From Octopus sinensis (Eukaryota), in the NCBI RefSeq assembly GCF_006345805.1, contig NC_043009.1:7502001-7566000 (forward strand): a stretch of 64,000 bases of DNA, written 5' to 3'. Each line of letters opens with the position of its first letter. Position 1 is the stretch's first letter. The notes under the pieces were generated by a model. The model was not told the origin of the DNA, ran no database searches, and worked only from the letters and a program-made list of their open reading frames with translations. Both the position numbers and the translations under genes were made by a program. This document shows positions 35,776 to 50,234 of this stretch, piece after piece.

Positions 35776-37365
35776 TCCCAACTGAATATTACAGTGACAT
35801 ATTAGACACACACACACACACACACGTATACACATGCATACATACATAAAGAGACCAAATACGTTATAAGGTCCATGACAGGAAAAATTTAAATTAAGCT
35901 ACAACGACCATCTTTCTCCGTTTACATACCCCCAGAAAAGACATGCATTGATCTGAAGGCTTAAGGATAAGAAAATCAACAACAATATAAATATATCTTG
36001 TCTAAAACCATATTTCATATTGACTAGTCAAAAAGGTATTCCGTATGCTCGCTTGGAAAACTGTATCACTTAAAAGACTTAAGAAAATCCAAGGAATGAG
36101 AGAAAACCAGGAGCGAGATATTTTCTTCATGTCCTCATGTCCTCATGTTACATCTTGGCGGAAACTAAGGATACACCATCAGACACACCATAACCTGTTC
36201 CAGTGCTTTTCTATGGAACTTTGATACTCGAAAAATACTACTTATATTTCGTATGCAGCTAATTGTCTTCCCTTGATTGCGCTCATTCTTTTTATAACTA
36301 AGCGTGCTCATTCAAAGATTGATTATGTTGAACGCAGTTACTAAACCGTCTTGTTCTTTTTACCAGCTTGATATATGACAAAATAAATTCAATACTACGA
36401 GGAGGAATCTCTGGGTAGCTATATTTCACATTTCTGTTTGTGGATTTCATTATAATAATATATTTTCTCTCTTAACTGCTCGAGTGCTACCCTGTTTGTT
36501 GAATTTCATACCACACACACACACAAACGTGTATATATACCGTCATTACCATATATTGTTAATCATTTAGTCTGTGAAATTTAACAAATTGAAATCAAAA
36601 TGAAACTGCTTCCTTTCGTTGTTATTGGCGAACTAATTCTGGTTCGCTCACATCTCCTCAAAGTTTCGCTCACTGTTGTAATACAGAGTCATTCTACATT
36701 ATTATATAAATATCTTGGGAATAAAAGACGAGGGAATATCGCAGGTAGTACGACCGTTATTCCATGCGAACAAAACTACCATCGTGAGCCTTATTTTACA
36801 GCGAGGCTCCACAGACCTGGATATGAATCCTTATTGTTATTTATACATGGCACACGCTTATTTAGCGGTCTGCAAATTTCTTATTGGTGCATTAGAATTA
36901 TCGAATACTCTTTCTTTGTGCTTCTACCAATTTGTTGTGTACAGCACCTGTTAATTCCTCTCAAGGCTTTTCATTTCAGCTAGCCTTTATTGTTTTAACA
37001 TCAGATATTTTGATTCTGTCGGAATATGAAGACTCAGTGTGTGAAAAGTATCAACCATCAGAGACGACCAAAGTGAAAGTAAGAGTTGGAAACAATTTTA
37101 TTTCTTGTACGATTTCTCAAAGGATTCATCAAAGAATTTTACCAATAGGTATAGCGTCAGAATATCAACAGGGGTGATATGGATATATATATATATATAT
37201 CTATCTATCTATCTATCTATCTATATATATAATATATAATATATATATATAAATATAAATATGTATATATATGTATATATAAGTATATATATATATACAT
37301 ATATACATATATATATGCATACATATATATATGTATATGTATGTATGTACATATATATATAATAT

Positions 37366-37407
<42 letters not shown>

Positions 37408-37479
37408 CGTGTATATATATATGTATGTGTACATATGTGTGTGTGCATATATGTATGTATGTATGTGTGTGTGTGTTTG

Positions 37480-37513
<34 letters not shown>

Positions 37514-38640
37514 TATAATATATATATAGAGAGAGATACAGAGAGAGAGAGAGAAGGGGGGGAGAGAGAGAGAAAGAGAGAGAGATAATCACCCATTTAG
37601 CTCCCGATTCATTTGCTTCCGATATATTGGTCTTTTATGCATTCATCTTTTCTTCTGCGTCTTTATATTCCGCACTTTGAAGATCTTCCTGAAATCTTAT
37701 TGTTGTTATTGTCATTTAAGCTCTTGTTTTTGCCGTCGGGATTTACAATAGTGGAGAAGGTTCATAAGTAAGTTACGAAACATGAAAGCTGTCTAAAGAT
37801 ATTCAAATATCAATGCGTTTAATATTCTGATTTCAAACCACACTGTGGCCTACAACAGAGAGTCAACTTTGAATATTATCTGTAAACAAGATATATTATA
37901 ACTATCGCTAATACACTAGATCCGATGCTGTCAGTTATTGAAATAGATATTTTACTTAGTTTAAACACGCAGTCAATTTATTAAATTATAAATGAACAAA
38001 ACAGGTGTTATATATAAAAATAAAAAAACTAACTGACCCTGTGCCGTCAAAAATTGCGGCTAATTGTAGTATTTTATGTATAAATAAGATACAGAATAAG
38101 GTTAATAATAATCACAGATACAACCCTTCACATACTTCCCTTGTACACGCACACACATACATACATATACTCACAGATTTGAAACCCTGTTTGATTTTTC
38201 TTTTCAGCGTTCAATGTTCATCATCCCACTACCAGTTTGATATCACCCCCTTCCGTCCTTATTCATCTAATGTACCTTCCTTTCTCATTCATATGTTGTG
38301 ACGGAGATGAACACAAGATTATTAAAATAGAAGATATTTACTCATAACCTAATGACAACAATACTTCTCTGTTCCTACACGCTTCATAACAGTTTGACTA
38401 GTCCAATCCTCTTATTAACCCTACTCCTTTTGACTAAGCGGTGTCAACACAAACTGTCAACATTGTCGTAGGTTCTCAAATTTCAGATTTCTCCTTGTGT
38501 TTAGTTTCATTCTATTTCATCATAAATAATAATCCTGGATCATCTTCGCCTTTATTCCATCGGTTGTAGATAAAAATGACAAAAAGCAAACGGAGTGGGT
38601 GAAGTGTCGGTGTGTTCATTTGACTATATTTTTCCCAAAA

Positions 38641-38871
38641 GGCGGCGAGCTGGCAGAAACGTTAGCACGCCGGGCGAAATGCGTAGTCGTATTTCGTCTG
38701 TCGTTACGTTGTGAGTTCAAATTCCGCCGAGGTCGACTTTGCCTTTCATCCTTTCGGGGTCGATAAATAAAGTACCAGTTACGCACTGGGGTCGATGTAA
38801 ACGACTTAATCCGTTTGTCTGTCCTTGTTTGTCCCCTTTATGTTTAGCCCCTTGTGGGTAATAAAGAAATA
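38641..38871 (+). mobile_element. SINE type A, well-preserved monomer
   Basis: GGCGGCGAGCTGGCAGAAACG through AAAGAAATA. Confidence 0.93.
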
Positions 38872-39320
38872 TATATTTTTTCCCTGAAGATATACAAACT
38901 TGAGCCAACATGAAGAATCACGGGTTCTGTGTTCATTTTTATTATCTCTGCCATGCTGTTATTGGTGCAATTCTGACATTCATTTTCTATCTAATTAATG
39001 TTATTCTTACCGTTATCGTGGTCGTCAAAGGTAATATTGTTTCATATGATATTGTTACTGTCACAGTTGTTGGTGATGTCGTTGTCATCAATTTTATTAT
39101 TTAATATGTCAGTGCAATCGTTGCTATTATTGTCGCCATCTTCGTCGCCCTCTTCCTCATCGCTTTCGTCGTCTTTCTCGTCGCCGTTGTTGTTGTTGTT
39201 GTTGTCATCGTTTGTTGTTGATGGTGGTGGTTACGATGTCGTCAATGTCATAATTACATTCTATGATATTGTGGATGTCGTATTTTGTCTTTGGTGCTTT
39301 TATCGTCGTCGTGAATGTTA

Positions 39321-39628
39321 TTTGTTTGTTTGTTCCTTCTCGAGCAATGCCTGGCTCATAGGGCCAGTTTCCCGGTGTCCTTGGCGTATAGGTTCCCCAC
39401 CTGGACAGGACGCTGGTCCGTCAGAGGTGAGCTGCAAGATGCGAGAGGAAAGAGTTAGAGAAAGTTGTGGCGAAAGAGTCAGCAGAAGTTCGCCATTACC
39501 TTCTGCCGGAGCCGCGTGGGGATTAGGTGTTTCGCTCATAAACACACGCATCGCCCGGTCTGAGATTCGAACCCGTGATCCCTCGACCGCAATTCCGCTG
39601 CTATAACCTCTAGGCCATGTGCCTCCAC
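39321..39628 (-). mobile_element. SINE type C with 14-bp TSD
   Basis: CGTCGTGAATGTTA at 39307-39320 and 39629-39642. Confidence 0.93.
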
Positions 39629-39740
39629 CGTCGTGAATGTTACTATATATATATATATCGTTGCTGTTAGTGTTGCCGCTACCGATGTTATAGTTGTTAA
39701 CGTTGTTATGTCTATATTATTGACATTGTTACTGCTGCTG

Positions 39741-40278
39741 TCTTCTTCTTCTTCTTCTTCTTCTTCTTCTTCTTCTTCTTCTTCTTCTTCCAATCTGGAC
39801 TCACGCCATTAGCCACAAAGAATAATCTCTAATTCGAACCTACTCTAAGCTAGTAAGAATACGTGTGGCAACTTGAAGATCCACCCACCACACGCGATAG
39901 ACTGGCGGTTGCACGGGCGCGAAAACTACGTTATTATCCTTATTCCGTAAACGGTGGCTTTTAACGGGTGGAGAGCTGAATCATCCTGGGGTACAGAGGA
40001 TTCGCAATCTAGACTAGGGTCTGAAAGTTTTACCACACCATAGTGGGTTACACCATGGTTCCTCTGCTTTGTGACAGAAGTAGGAAGAAAGAGTGAGAGA
40101 AAGTTGTGGTGAAAGAGTACAGCGGGGTTCGGCTCCCCCCCCCCATCCCTCGCCGGAGCTTCTAGGAGCTTAGGTGTTTTTGCTCAATAAACACTCACAA
40201 TATCCGGTCTGGGAATCGAAACCGCGTTCTTACGACCAGGAGTCCGCTGCCCTAACTACTGGACCATTGCGCCTCCAC
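39741..40278 (-). mobile_element. SINE type D, full length with (GAA)n tail
   Basis: Reverse-complement homolog of 13142-13706. Confidence 0.88.
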
Positions 40279-40589
40279 CGCTGTTGCTGTTGTTGATGTT
40301 GTTGTCGTTGTTATTGTTGTTGCTGTTGTTGTTCTTGTTCTTGTTGTCCTTGCATATTGCATTTAACCCTTTTAAACTTCATCGTATTCATCATCGATAT
40401 CATCATTTCACGTGCCACCATGCAGCTTCTTTTAATTGTTGTTTCGATGGTGGTGGTCGTGGTGGCGGCAGTGGTGGTGGTGATGGTAGTGGTGTGGCAT
40501 TTAGTGGTAGAACTAATATGGTAGTGGTGGTGGTGGTGGCAGCGTTAGTAGTGTTAGTGTTAGCTGGTAATGGTAATATTCATTTCTAC

Positions 40590-40740
40590 TCTAGGCACAA
40601 CGCCCGAAATTTTTGGGGAAGTCGATTAGATAGATCAGAGTACGCAACTGGTACTTAATTTATCGACCCCGAAATGATGAAATGCAAAGTCGAGCTCGGC
40701 GGAATTTGAATTCAGAACGTAAAGACAGACGAAATGTTAA
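40590..40740 (-). mobile_element. SINE type A fragment
   Basis: CTCTAGGCACAA..CTGGTACTTAATTTATCGACCCCGAAA..GAATTTGAATTCAGAACGT. Confidence 0.8.
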
Positions 40741-41460
40741 TATTGGTGGCGATGGTGGTGGTAGCAGTGGTGGAGATGGTGTTGACAGTGGTGGTGGTGG
40801 TTATAGTGATGATCGTAGTGAGGGCTGTTGCGTTGCTTGTGATGGTGGTGTCGGTGATGGTGGTGGCGGTGGTGATGTTGGCGTTGGTGCCGTTGGTAAT
40901 TGTAGTATTGGTGGCAGTGATGATGGTAGCGGTGTTGGTAGTGATGGTAGTTATAGTAATGATGGTGGTGATGATGTTTGAGGTGCTGGTGGTGCTGATG
41001 GTTGTGGTTGTGATGGTGGTGGTGCTGCTGAAGGTGATGATGGTTGAGGTGGTGGTGGTGGTAATGGTTCTGGTTAGTGCTGCTGCTGGAGGTGATGATG
41101 ATGATGGTGGTATTGGTGGTGGTGATGGTTGAAGTGGTGGTGGTGGTGACGGTGATGGTTTTGGTTAGTGCTGCTGCTTCTGCTGCTGGAGGTGATGGTA
41201 GTAGTGGTCGTCGTTGTAATGGTGTTAGCGGCAATGGCGACTGTGGTGATGGTGGTAGATGATATGGTCGTAACGTTGGCGGTTGTCGTGATGATGACTA
41301 TGGTAGTGATGGTCACGGCACCGACGACGATGGCGGCGATGCGAGTGGTGACTTCGATGATGTTAACGGTCAGGATGACAGCGGCGGCGACGGTCGAGTT
41401 AGTAATGGTGATGACGGGGGCGATGATGGCAATGTAGGTGGCGCTAGTGATGCTCATGAT
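40740..41460. repeat. (GGT/GAT)n cryptic trinucleotide tract
   Basis: Direct. Confidence 0.9.
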
Positions 41461-41701
41461 AGTTTTTGGTGTTAGTGGCAGTGTCGGATGTCAGTGTTGA
41501 GGTTTGTTGCCGTCATCCATATTTGATTCGGTGTTCCGTCTTGATATTGAGTAACTTATTTGAATTTTCATGAGCAGAAGTCATTAATCTTGTTATTAGG
41601 GAGACACTCAGTCAGACGAACCTTGTTGAATATTCTTTTAACAAACCAGTTAACAACACCACGCACTCATGTGTGTGTGTGTGTTTATGCACACACACGC
41701 A

Positions 41702-41755
<54 letters not shown>

Positions 41756-41975
41756 CGCTTATATATATATATTCATACACATATGTATACATATATATAT
41801 ATGTATGTATATAACTATATTTACATATATGTATACATATGTATATATATATGCATGTGTGTACGTACACACAAATCTATAAATATATATATATACACAC
41901 ACACAAACATATATATACATATATACATATATACATATGTGTATACATGCATACATATATATGTGTGTAAGTATG

Positions 41976-42007
<32 letters not shown>

Positions 42008-42040
42008 TACATATATATACATGTATATGTATATATATAT

Positions 42041-42075
<35 letters not shown>

Positions 42076-42329
42076 CCTACATAATACACACACACACACA
42101 CGCATATGTACGGTGATGTATTTATTGTGTATTTATTGGTCATCATCGGAACCGGTTTAGCATGAAGAAGGGAGTGACAGCTTATTTCGGACGACACATC
42201 CGCCACAACAATCACACTTCACATGGAACACCGCCCCACCCCACATCCTCCGCTTCATACTCCACCACCATCCGTTTTGTTGGTGGGCCATTCCCTATCA
42301 GCCCAATCCAACCGGCAATTCGTTATCGT

Positions 42330-43220
42330 CAATGTCACCCGCAGTACCACTACCGACGGCCACCACCACGAAAACCACCACCACCACCACCACCATCATC
42401 ACCACGAAAACCATCACTACCACTATCGCCATCATCGCCATTGCCCTCTACACCACCAATATCACCCCTACACCAACACCATCACCCCCTCACACCACCA
42501 CCAATAGCATTACCAACCCTACTAAACACCACCACTGCTACCATCAATACCACCACCAAGCCCCAACATCACCACCATCACCAAGAACAAGTATATTACC
42601 ACTACCACCACCACCACCACCACCACCAACATCACCACCACTACCACCACCACCACTACCACCACGAAAACTATCACCATCAACACCAGCACCAGCACCA
42701 GCACCAGCACCAGCACCATCTGCACCAGCACCAGCACCACCACCACCACCACCACTATCACCACGAATACCACCACCATCAGCACCACCAACACCTCTAC
42801 CGCAATCTCCATCACCACCGTTACTTCCACCACCGCTACCGCTACTATCGGCAGCACCACTCACAACAACACTTCACAACTGAAGCCATCTCCATCATAA
42901 TGTTCATTATCATTATGCGCGCCGTCCTCATCATTATGTTATCACCTCCGCCACCAGCATCACTAGTGACACCGCTTCATCTCCTTCTCCATCCCGACTA
43001 CCGTCTTGTGTAGTTTTCATCATCGCCAACATCGTCATCACTAGCAGCAGCAGCAGTAGCTTCAACATCACCTTCACCATCAATATCATCGTCATCATCA
43101 TCATCACCTTCGTCGTCATCATCATCATTATCATCATCATCGTCGTCGTCGTCATCATCAATATTGTCATTATCACCGTTGTCATCATCTTCATCATCAA
43201 CATCGTCATCAACTACACCA
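42330..43220. repeat. (CAC/CAT/CAG)n cryptic trinucleotide tract
   Basis: Direct. Confidence 0.9.
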
Positions 43221-45269
43221 TCCTCCCTTCCCCCGTTCCTCTATCCCTCCCTTCCTCCCTCTCTCTCCCTCCTTCTCTCCCTCGCTCTTCCTCGCTCCCT
43301 CTCTCCCCTCCTCACTCTTCCTGCTCACTCCCCTCCTTCCCATCTTCATCGCCGTAGTCATCGATGCCGTTATCACAATCTTAGACGTCTTATCAGTGAT
43401 GGCCACCATGTTTTCATTCAGCGTTATTTTCTTCAAGGGATGGCGAAGTGGGGGTGGATGAATGAGCGGGTGTGTGGGTGGGTGAGTGGACGAAGAGCAA
43501 GCCAGCAAGCAAAAGACTATGGCGTAATTAACGATCACATGATACAAGTCATGTGATTTGACTTACCAAACGATTCCTTGTTGTTTCTTTGTTTGTTTGT
43601 TTTTGACATATTGGTCTTACAGCTGAACAATTAATGTTTTGGGTAAGGTGACAGCTTCTGGCCCCTAATTCACTTCATCCTTTACATCATTTCCCTCGCT
43701 CCTACCCCACTCTACTATGTCTCAGACGCACTACCCTTCATCTCAGACCACTCACTTCACCACTTTCACCTCACCCCTTTCACCTCTTCACCTTACTTCT
43801 TTCATACAACGACGTATACGTCCACCTTAGGTCACCCAATCCCCCTACATGGGTTCCACCCCCTCTTAATCCTTAACCCCACATTACTTCTTACCTCACT
43901 TTCCCCTAAACTTAGATGCATTCACCTTATCTCCCGCCCTCAGTTCTCTCACCTTCTGTTCCAAGTTTTACTCCCCACCCCCTCTTGTCCTTCGCCCACT
44001 CAACTCCTTCCACCCCACCCCCCAGTCTTGTCTCATTTGTCCTATTCTTCACTTGTCTACCTCAGCACTTCTAAACTGACCCACACCACCATTATCCTTT
44101 CCATTATGTCCAGTGCAACTGTCTTAGCTTCGTTTTCATCTCGCCGCACACACAACGACGTCACCATCACGAACACCACCGCCGCCGCCGCCGCCGCCGC
44201 CACCACCATCACCACCACCATTACTAAACACCGTCACTTCGAACATCGCCACCACCACCACCACCACCATCACTCAGTTACAGCAAAAATCACCACCATC
44301 ACCATCATCAAGTACAACATTACCTACACCACCATCGCACTCGTCATCACCACCATCATCCTCCCACACTACCACCATCACCCCCACACCACAACCCTCA
44401 CCCCCACATCACCACTATCCCCCCTACGCCACCACCACTAGTATTACTAAACCTACTAAACACCACCAATGCTTCCATCAACACCACCACCAAGCTCCAA
44501 CATCACCATCATCACCAAGAAATATATTACCACCACCACCGCCGCCGCCACCACCAGCACCAGCACCACCACCACCACAACCACCACCAGCATCTCCACC
44601 ATTATCACCATTACTAACATCACCACTACTAAAACAACAACATTACAACCAGCAACACCACTGCCATCACCAAATACCACCACCAAGCCGCCGCCACCCC
44701 CAGCCCCCCACCCCCAACACACCCATCGCCGTAACCATCCTCGTCAGTCCACCATACCATTGTCATTTTATCGCATCAATTGTTTTCTTTCTACTTTCTT
44801 CATCTCATCTGACACACAATTAACATAATCCTCCCCTCACCACAACACACCTCACCTCACCTCATCTTATCTAACCTCTCCACACATTCTCTACGCCCAC
44901 CCCGCCACCATTTCTCCTCCTGCTTAATACATATCAGCCCAGCTGAGCCGAGCTGAACTCAGCTCAGCTCATCTCAACCCAGCTCAGCTCAACTCACCTA
45001 ACATCACCATCGTTTCTTAAACTTCTTCCGCATCCACTCTGCTCGGCACACTCCATCATTTTACGACACCTTCGACCAATCTTATCACATCACAACATAT
45101 CGTTACACAATACCTCCTTTCATTGCCTGCCATCCATACAAATAACTCACCAGCCAACCAGCGAGTTAGCCAGCCAGCCAGTAACCAATCAACCAACCAG
45201 CCAAACAACTAACGAAACTTCAAACTCCCAATCTTTTTCTCACTGTCATAGTACACGAAAATATTCTTT

Positions 45270-45845
45270 TTTACTCTAGGCACAAGGCCTGAAATTTTGG
45301 GAGGATGGGGCCAGTCGATTTGATCGATTCCACTAAGCAACTGGTACTTAATATATCGACCCCGAAAGGATGAAACGTAAAGTCGACCTCGGCAGAATTT
45401 GAACTCAGAACGTAACGGCAGACGAAATACCTATTTCTTTACTATCCACAAGGGGCTAAACACAGAGAGGACAAACAAGGACAGACAAACGGATCAAGTC
45501 GATTACATCGACCCCAGTGCGTAACTGGTACTTATTTAATCGACCCCGAAAGGATGAACGGCAAAGTCGACCTCGGCGGAATTTGAACTCAGAACGTAGA
45601 CGAAATACCGCTAAGCATTTCGCCTGGCGTGCTAAAGTTTCTGCCAGCTCGCCGCCAAAAAATTTTGGGGGAGAGAGCCAGTCGATTAGCTCGACCCCAG
45701 TACGCAACTGGTACTTAATTTATCAACCTCGAAAGAATGAAAGGCAAAGTAGATCGCGGTGGAATTTGAACTCAGAACGTAAAGACAGACGACACACCGC
45801 TAAGCATATTGCCCGGCGTGCTAACGTTTCTGCCGGCTCACCACC
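45270..45845 (-). mobile_element. SINE type A multimer (three units)
   Basis: Three AACTGGTACTTA..GAATTTGAACTCAGAACGTA blocks; the junction GACGAAATACC-TATTTCTTT mirrors the one at 23563. Confidence 0.88.
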
Positions 45846-46939
45846 TTATAGTACATGACAATATTGTTAGCAACAACCAGCTATTCTTTTCATTTCTGTT
45901 CTATTCAATTTTATTCCTTTATTAAAATCTATTTTGTGTCTGTGCTAATTTATTCATTTGTTAGTAAGTTAGTAAGCTACATGCAATTAATTGCGCTCAA
46001 TTGCACAGCACGCTCGTGAACAGACATTGAATTACATCTCGTGTTTACAATGCTTAATACTTTTTAGAACTACTGACAGCCTCAATTGTCCAAGATACGA
46101 AAACAGTCCTCTCTAAACAAACAATTGCTGCTATAGTCAGATAACATTAGTCAACCAAGGTTTTTGAAATTTTATTAGTTACTATATAGTCACACGTTCT
46201 GTATTATTAGTGGCAAAAAGAAGGGAGATTCGGAGACAGTGTAAAGAGTCGTATGCACTATTTGTTGGTTCTACATTTTAACATTGTCACTGGCTTCGTT
46301 TTCTTGTCTTAGTGTCAAGAAAGCAGTGACTAATCACACTCGATTTTTTTTTCGCTACACCATACTTAATTTCTAAGCATTGATCTTTTACGCTTATCCA
46401 AGTTAACCAACCAGTCCCTTAAGTAAACTTAAACATTTTCCTTTCTTACTTTTTCCCCACTTTCGTTTCTTCTTTGTTTTTATACTGTTTTCCTTATCTC
46501 GTGTTCGTTGTATTACTTTCACACGTTTTTATTTGTCGATTTTACAACTTTTCTTTCATGCTTCCTTTCGCCCCCGTTCTCTCGTAATTCATAAGACGTC
46601 TCTAGTCACATGTATGACGTTTCTCCATTTGCCAAACTCCATCAGGGGAATGGACGGAAAGAATTTAAACAAACGTCTCATTTGACTAATAAACTAGCAA
46701 ATAAAGAAGGCATTCAGACATTTTCTCTTTGACTCGTCATGCAATATCATGCACGATGTAACGGCTCTTTTATGACCAATCCTTAATTTGTTCTAGCACC
46801 GTGTGGTTTTACTCTTGGTAAATTCTTTCTCTTTTTCTTTTCTTCTTCTTCTTCTTCTTTCGTTTTACATAGTAAACATCGCTACACAACAAATATAACT
46901 GATATATACACATCACTACAATTACCACTTTTCACTACT

Positions 46940-47700
46940 ATGACACGACGACCACCACCACCACCACCACCACCACCAACACCACCACCGCCAACAACAA
47001 CACCAACAACACTATCATCACATCATCACCACTACCATCACGAACACCCGCTCATCTTCCGCCTCGCCAACGGCAACATTTTCCACCATCATCAGTAAGA
47101 GCGAGAAATAAAAGATCACTTTGAAAACTTAATGTAATTTCCACCATCACCGTCAACAAAACTATACTTCAATCATCATCACCACCAACATCATTATAAT
47201 ACCATCATCATCACCACCATCATCGTAACACCATCACCATCATCACGACCATCATCATCATCATCATCATCATCATCATTATCATCACCACCACCATTAC
47301 CATCGCCATCACCATTTTCATCACCATTATCATCACCATCATCATCATCATCGCCACTACCCCCATCACCATTATCACCACCATTATCCCCACTATCATC
47401 ACCAACATCATCATCATCATCATCATCATCGTCCTCATCATCACCACCGTCATCACCACCGTCATTTTCACTATCATCACCACCACCACCACTGTTATCA
47501 TCATCATCACTATCACCTCCATCATCAACATCATCGTCATCACCTCCACTACTGCCACCATCATCATCACCATCACATCCGCCATTATCACCAACATCAT
47601 CATCACAATCATCATCTTCACCCCATTATCACCACCACCACCACCACCATCGTGCTTGTTACTATCATCAAAACTTTAGCCGACACCGCCATCAGTAACA
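46940..47700. repeat. (CAT/CAC)n tract
   Basis: Direct. Confidence 0.9.
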
Positions 47701-48129
47701 TTATCATCGCCAATGGAAACAACAGCGTTATAGACATGACAAGCTGTCGAAGGAACCACTGACGTGAACCATTGACGTGCTTGATAGAGCAGCCAAGTGT
47801 CAAATGTCAGTGAGAAACATCTCATTGTTATGGAGAGAAAATATGCCGACGAAACACTGTAATATATTCGTAGGCAGCGCTAAAAAGACGAGATAATCCT
47901 GACTAGCATAGCACGGTTTATAGATCTGCTCTATAAGGACAGACCTGGTGTTAAATAACAACAACAACAACAAGAACGACAGTGATAAAAACTACAGAAT
48001 TTGTAACAACCCCAGCACTGATGAACAGAAGGCAAACTCCCATTGCAAACACTAACTACAATTAAACACCAATAATAGACGCTACCCGGGTCATATAGAC
48101 GCCTTGGGCAAGTTTCTTGGTTTCTGTGT

Positions 48130-48322
48130 CGTAAATATATTCCCCTGTGGACGGAACGCTGTTTCGTTGCAGCATTACTCATTTTTGTCACGTGAGTGGA
48201 CAGGAACAGCGTGAAATAAAATGTTTTGCTCAAGAACGCAACTCGTCGCCAGGTCCAGGAATCGAAACCACAATCTTAAGCTCATGAGTCGAACACCCTA
48301 ACCACTAAGCCACGCGCGTCCA
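48130..48322 (-). mobile_element. SINE type E
   Basis: Homologous to 19591-19810 (TTGCTCAAGAA..AGGAATCGAAACCACAATCTT..CTAAGCCACGCGC). Confidence 0.8.
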
Positions 48323-48364
48323 AAACCATCAATCATACTATTGCAATAAAACTGGTCTCAAATT

Positions 48365-48612
48365 ATGACACAAGGCCAATGGTTTTGTTGGAGGCGTTTA
48401 GTCGATTGTATCGACCCCAGGGCTCAGCTGGTACTTATTTTATCGACTCCGAATGGATGAGTCCACTTTGGCGTAATTTGAACTCACAACGTAAAGATGG
48501 TGGAAATGCCGCTCAGCATTTTCCCTTTGTCTGTCCTTGTTTGTCCCCTCTATGTTTAACCCCTTGTGGGCAATAAGGAAATAAGTAACGCGATTCTATC
48601 AGCTCGCCGCCT
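48365..48612 (-). mobile_element. SINE type A, rearranged
   Basis: Reverse type A blocks ending CAGCTCGCCGCC. Confidence 0.75.
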
Positions 48613-48997
48613 TACTTATTAGAATACTATTGACATGACTAACGTTAGTACAATCGTACTAATGCTGCAGTTGATGGGAAACAAGAATAGTTCCACCAGA
48701 GGGAGCTGCTTTAAAACTATTTCCCGTGTAATATTCAAGCTTATTCTTGCGTTATTTGATTTTTAAATATTTCGTATATTACAGGATGTTTTTTTTTTCA
48801 GGAATAGTGGTGTAATAGCTTTTAGAACACGAAGTTCTTTACTTATGAGAAAATAATCCGGTTTATCAAATACAAAATTATATAATATAAATTTCAGTTT
48901 TTTTTTTGTCCCCAGAAACATGTATAAGCTGCCATCTTGCATATTTGTTTTTCTTCCTCAAAACTACCAATGAAAATTGTCACGCATCAACAGGTAC

Positions 48998-49000
<3 letters not shown>

Positions 49001-49036
<36 letters not shown>

Positions 49037-49044
49037 TGCTGCTG

Positions 49045-49090
<46 letters not shown>

Positions 49091-49205
49091 GTCTGCTGCT
49101 GCTGCTGTTGCTACTACTACAACTACTACTACAACTACTACTACTACTACTACTACTACTATTCTGGTGCTGCTACTACTACTATTTCTGCTGCTGCTGC
49201 TGCTG

Positions 49206-49279
<74 letters not shown>

Positions 49280-49305
49280 ACTACTACTGCTACTACTACA
49301 GTTAT
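49001..49305. repeat. (CTA/CTG)n microsatellite
   Basis: Direct. Confidence 0.95.
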
Positions 49306-49744
49306 AGCTATTAGACATTCTGTTCCACCTTGAAATATGGATGATATTGCGAAGGATCAACTTCACACGACCAAGCATGAAATATAGATAAGAGAGCTAC
49401 CATCGAAACAGTGTCACGGAAATTCGGGGTTTCTTTCAGAACACATCGTCTGCTTTTTCGTTCTTCATCAGAATTAAAAAACAAAATGTCTGAAACTCGG
49501 ACTCAGTTCAAGCGTTTTTTTTTTTAGGGATACCGAAACATCGAAGCTCAAAGACAAGTACGAGTTTTGTGAATCTGCGAAAGTCTGTTTGTAGATCCGA
49601 GGAAAAGACTCGTTACTGACTTGTTGCTACCGATGTTTACTGTAAAAGACACATGTACTGACCACAAACACTTATTTATACTTTGGGGGTAGAAAAACGA
49701 ACTCGATATTATTATTATCATTTTCTTTTTTGTCATGCACTCAA

Positions 49745-49965
49745 CATATTGATTTCAAATTGTGGCACTCGGCCAGCAATTTCAGCGGAGGGGGCTAGTG
49801 GATTACATCGACTACAGTACTCAACTGGTACTTGTTTTATCGGCTCAGAAAGGATGAAAGTCAAAGCCGATCTTTGCGGAATTTGAAATCAGAAACGTAA
49901 AGGCGGATGAAATGATGCTTAACATTTTGTCCCGGGTGCCAACGATTCTGCTAGCTCACCACCTT
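49745..49965 (-). mobile_element. SINE type A
   Basis: Reverse complement of the type A body. Confidence 0.8.
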
Positions 49966-50234
49966 TGTATTTTTCATGTTAAAGATGGAAAGATTTGTAG
50001 ATGGTTTTGTCTATCTCTAAAGGATTTTAAGAAGCTTTGGAGACGAGAATATATATATATATAGTGCATGCATATACAACTGCGTGCGTGCGCACATACA
50101 CGCGAGGACTGTCCAAATCTCCGATCAATCACATACAGCTAGCTGGCATTCAATTGGTTTCGGGCATTTTGATTGGGTTTTGGATAGAAAATTCACAAAA
50201 AAGACACTTCTATTGATTTTATAATCGCTTTGCT

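Noticed and set aside
36980-37078. Candidate 99-nt phase-0 exon (LAFIVLTSDILILSEYEDSVCEKYQPSETTKVK)
   Set aside because: Splice sites are plausible but there is no recognisable homology or partner exon; such sites are expected by chance in 64 kb.
42162-43013. 283-aa His/Pro-rich ORF suggesting a cephalopod His-rich beak or sucker protein
   Set aside because: No signal peptide and no Gly/Ala/Tyr modules; two frames are open, as expected for a CAC repeat.
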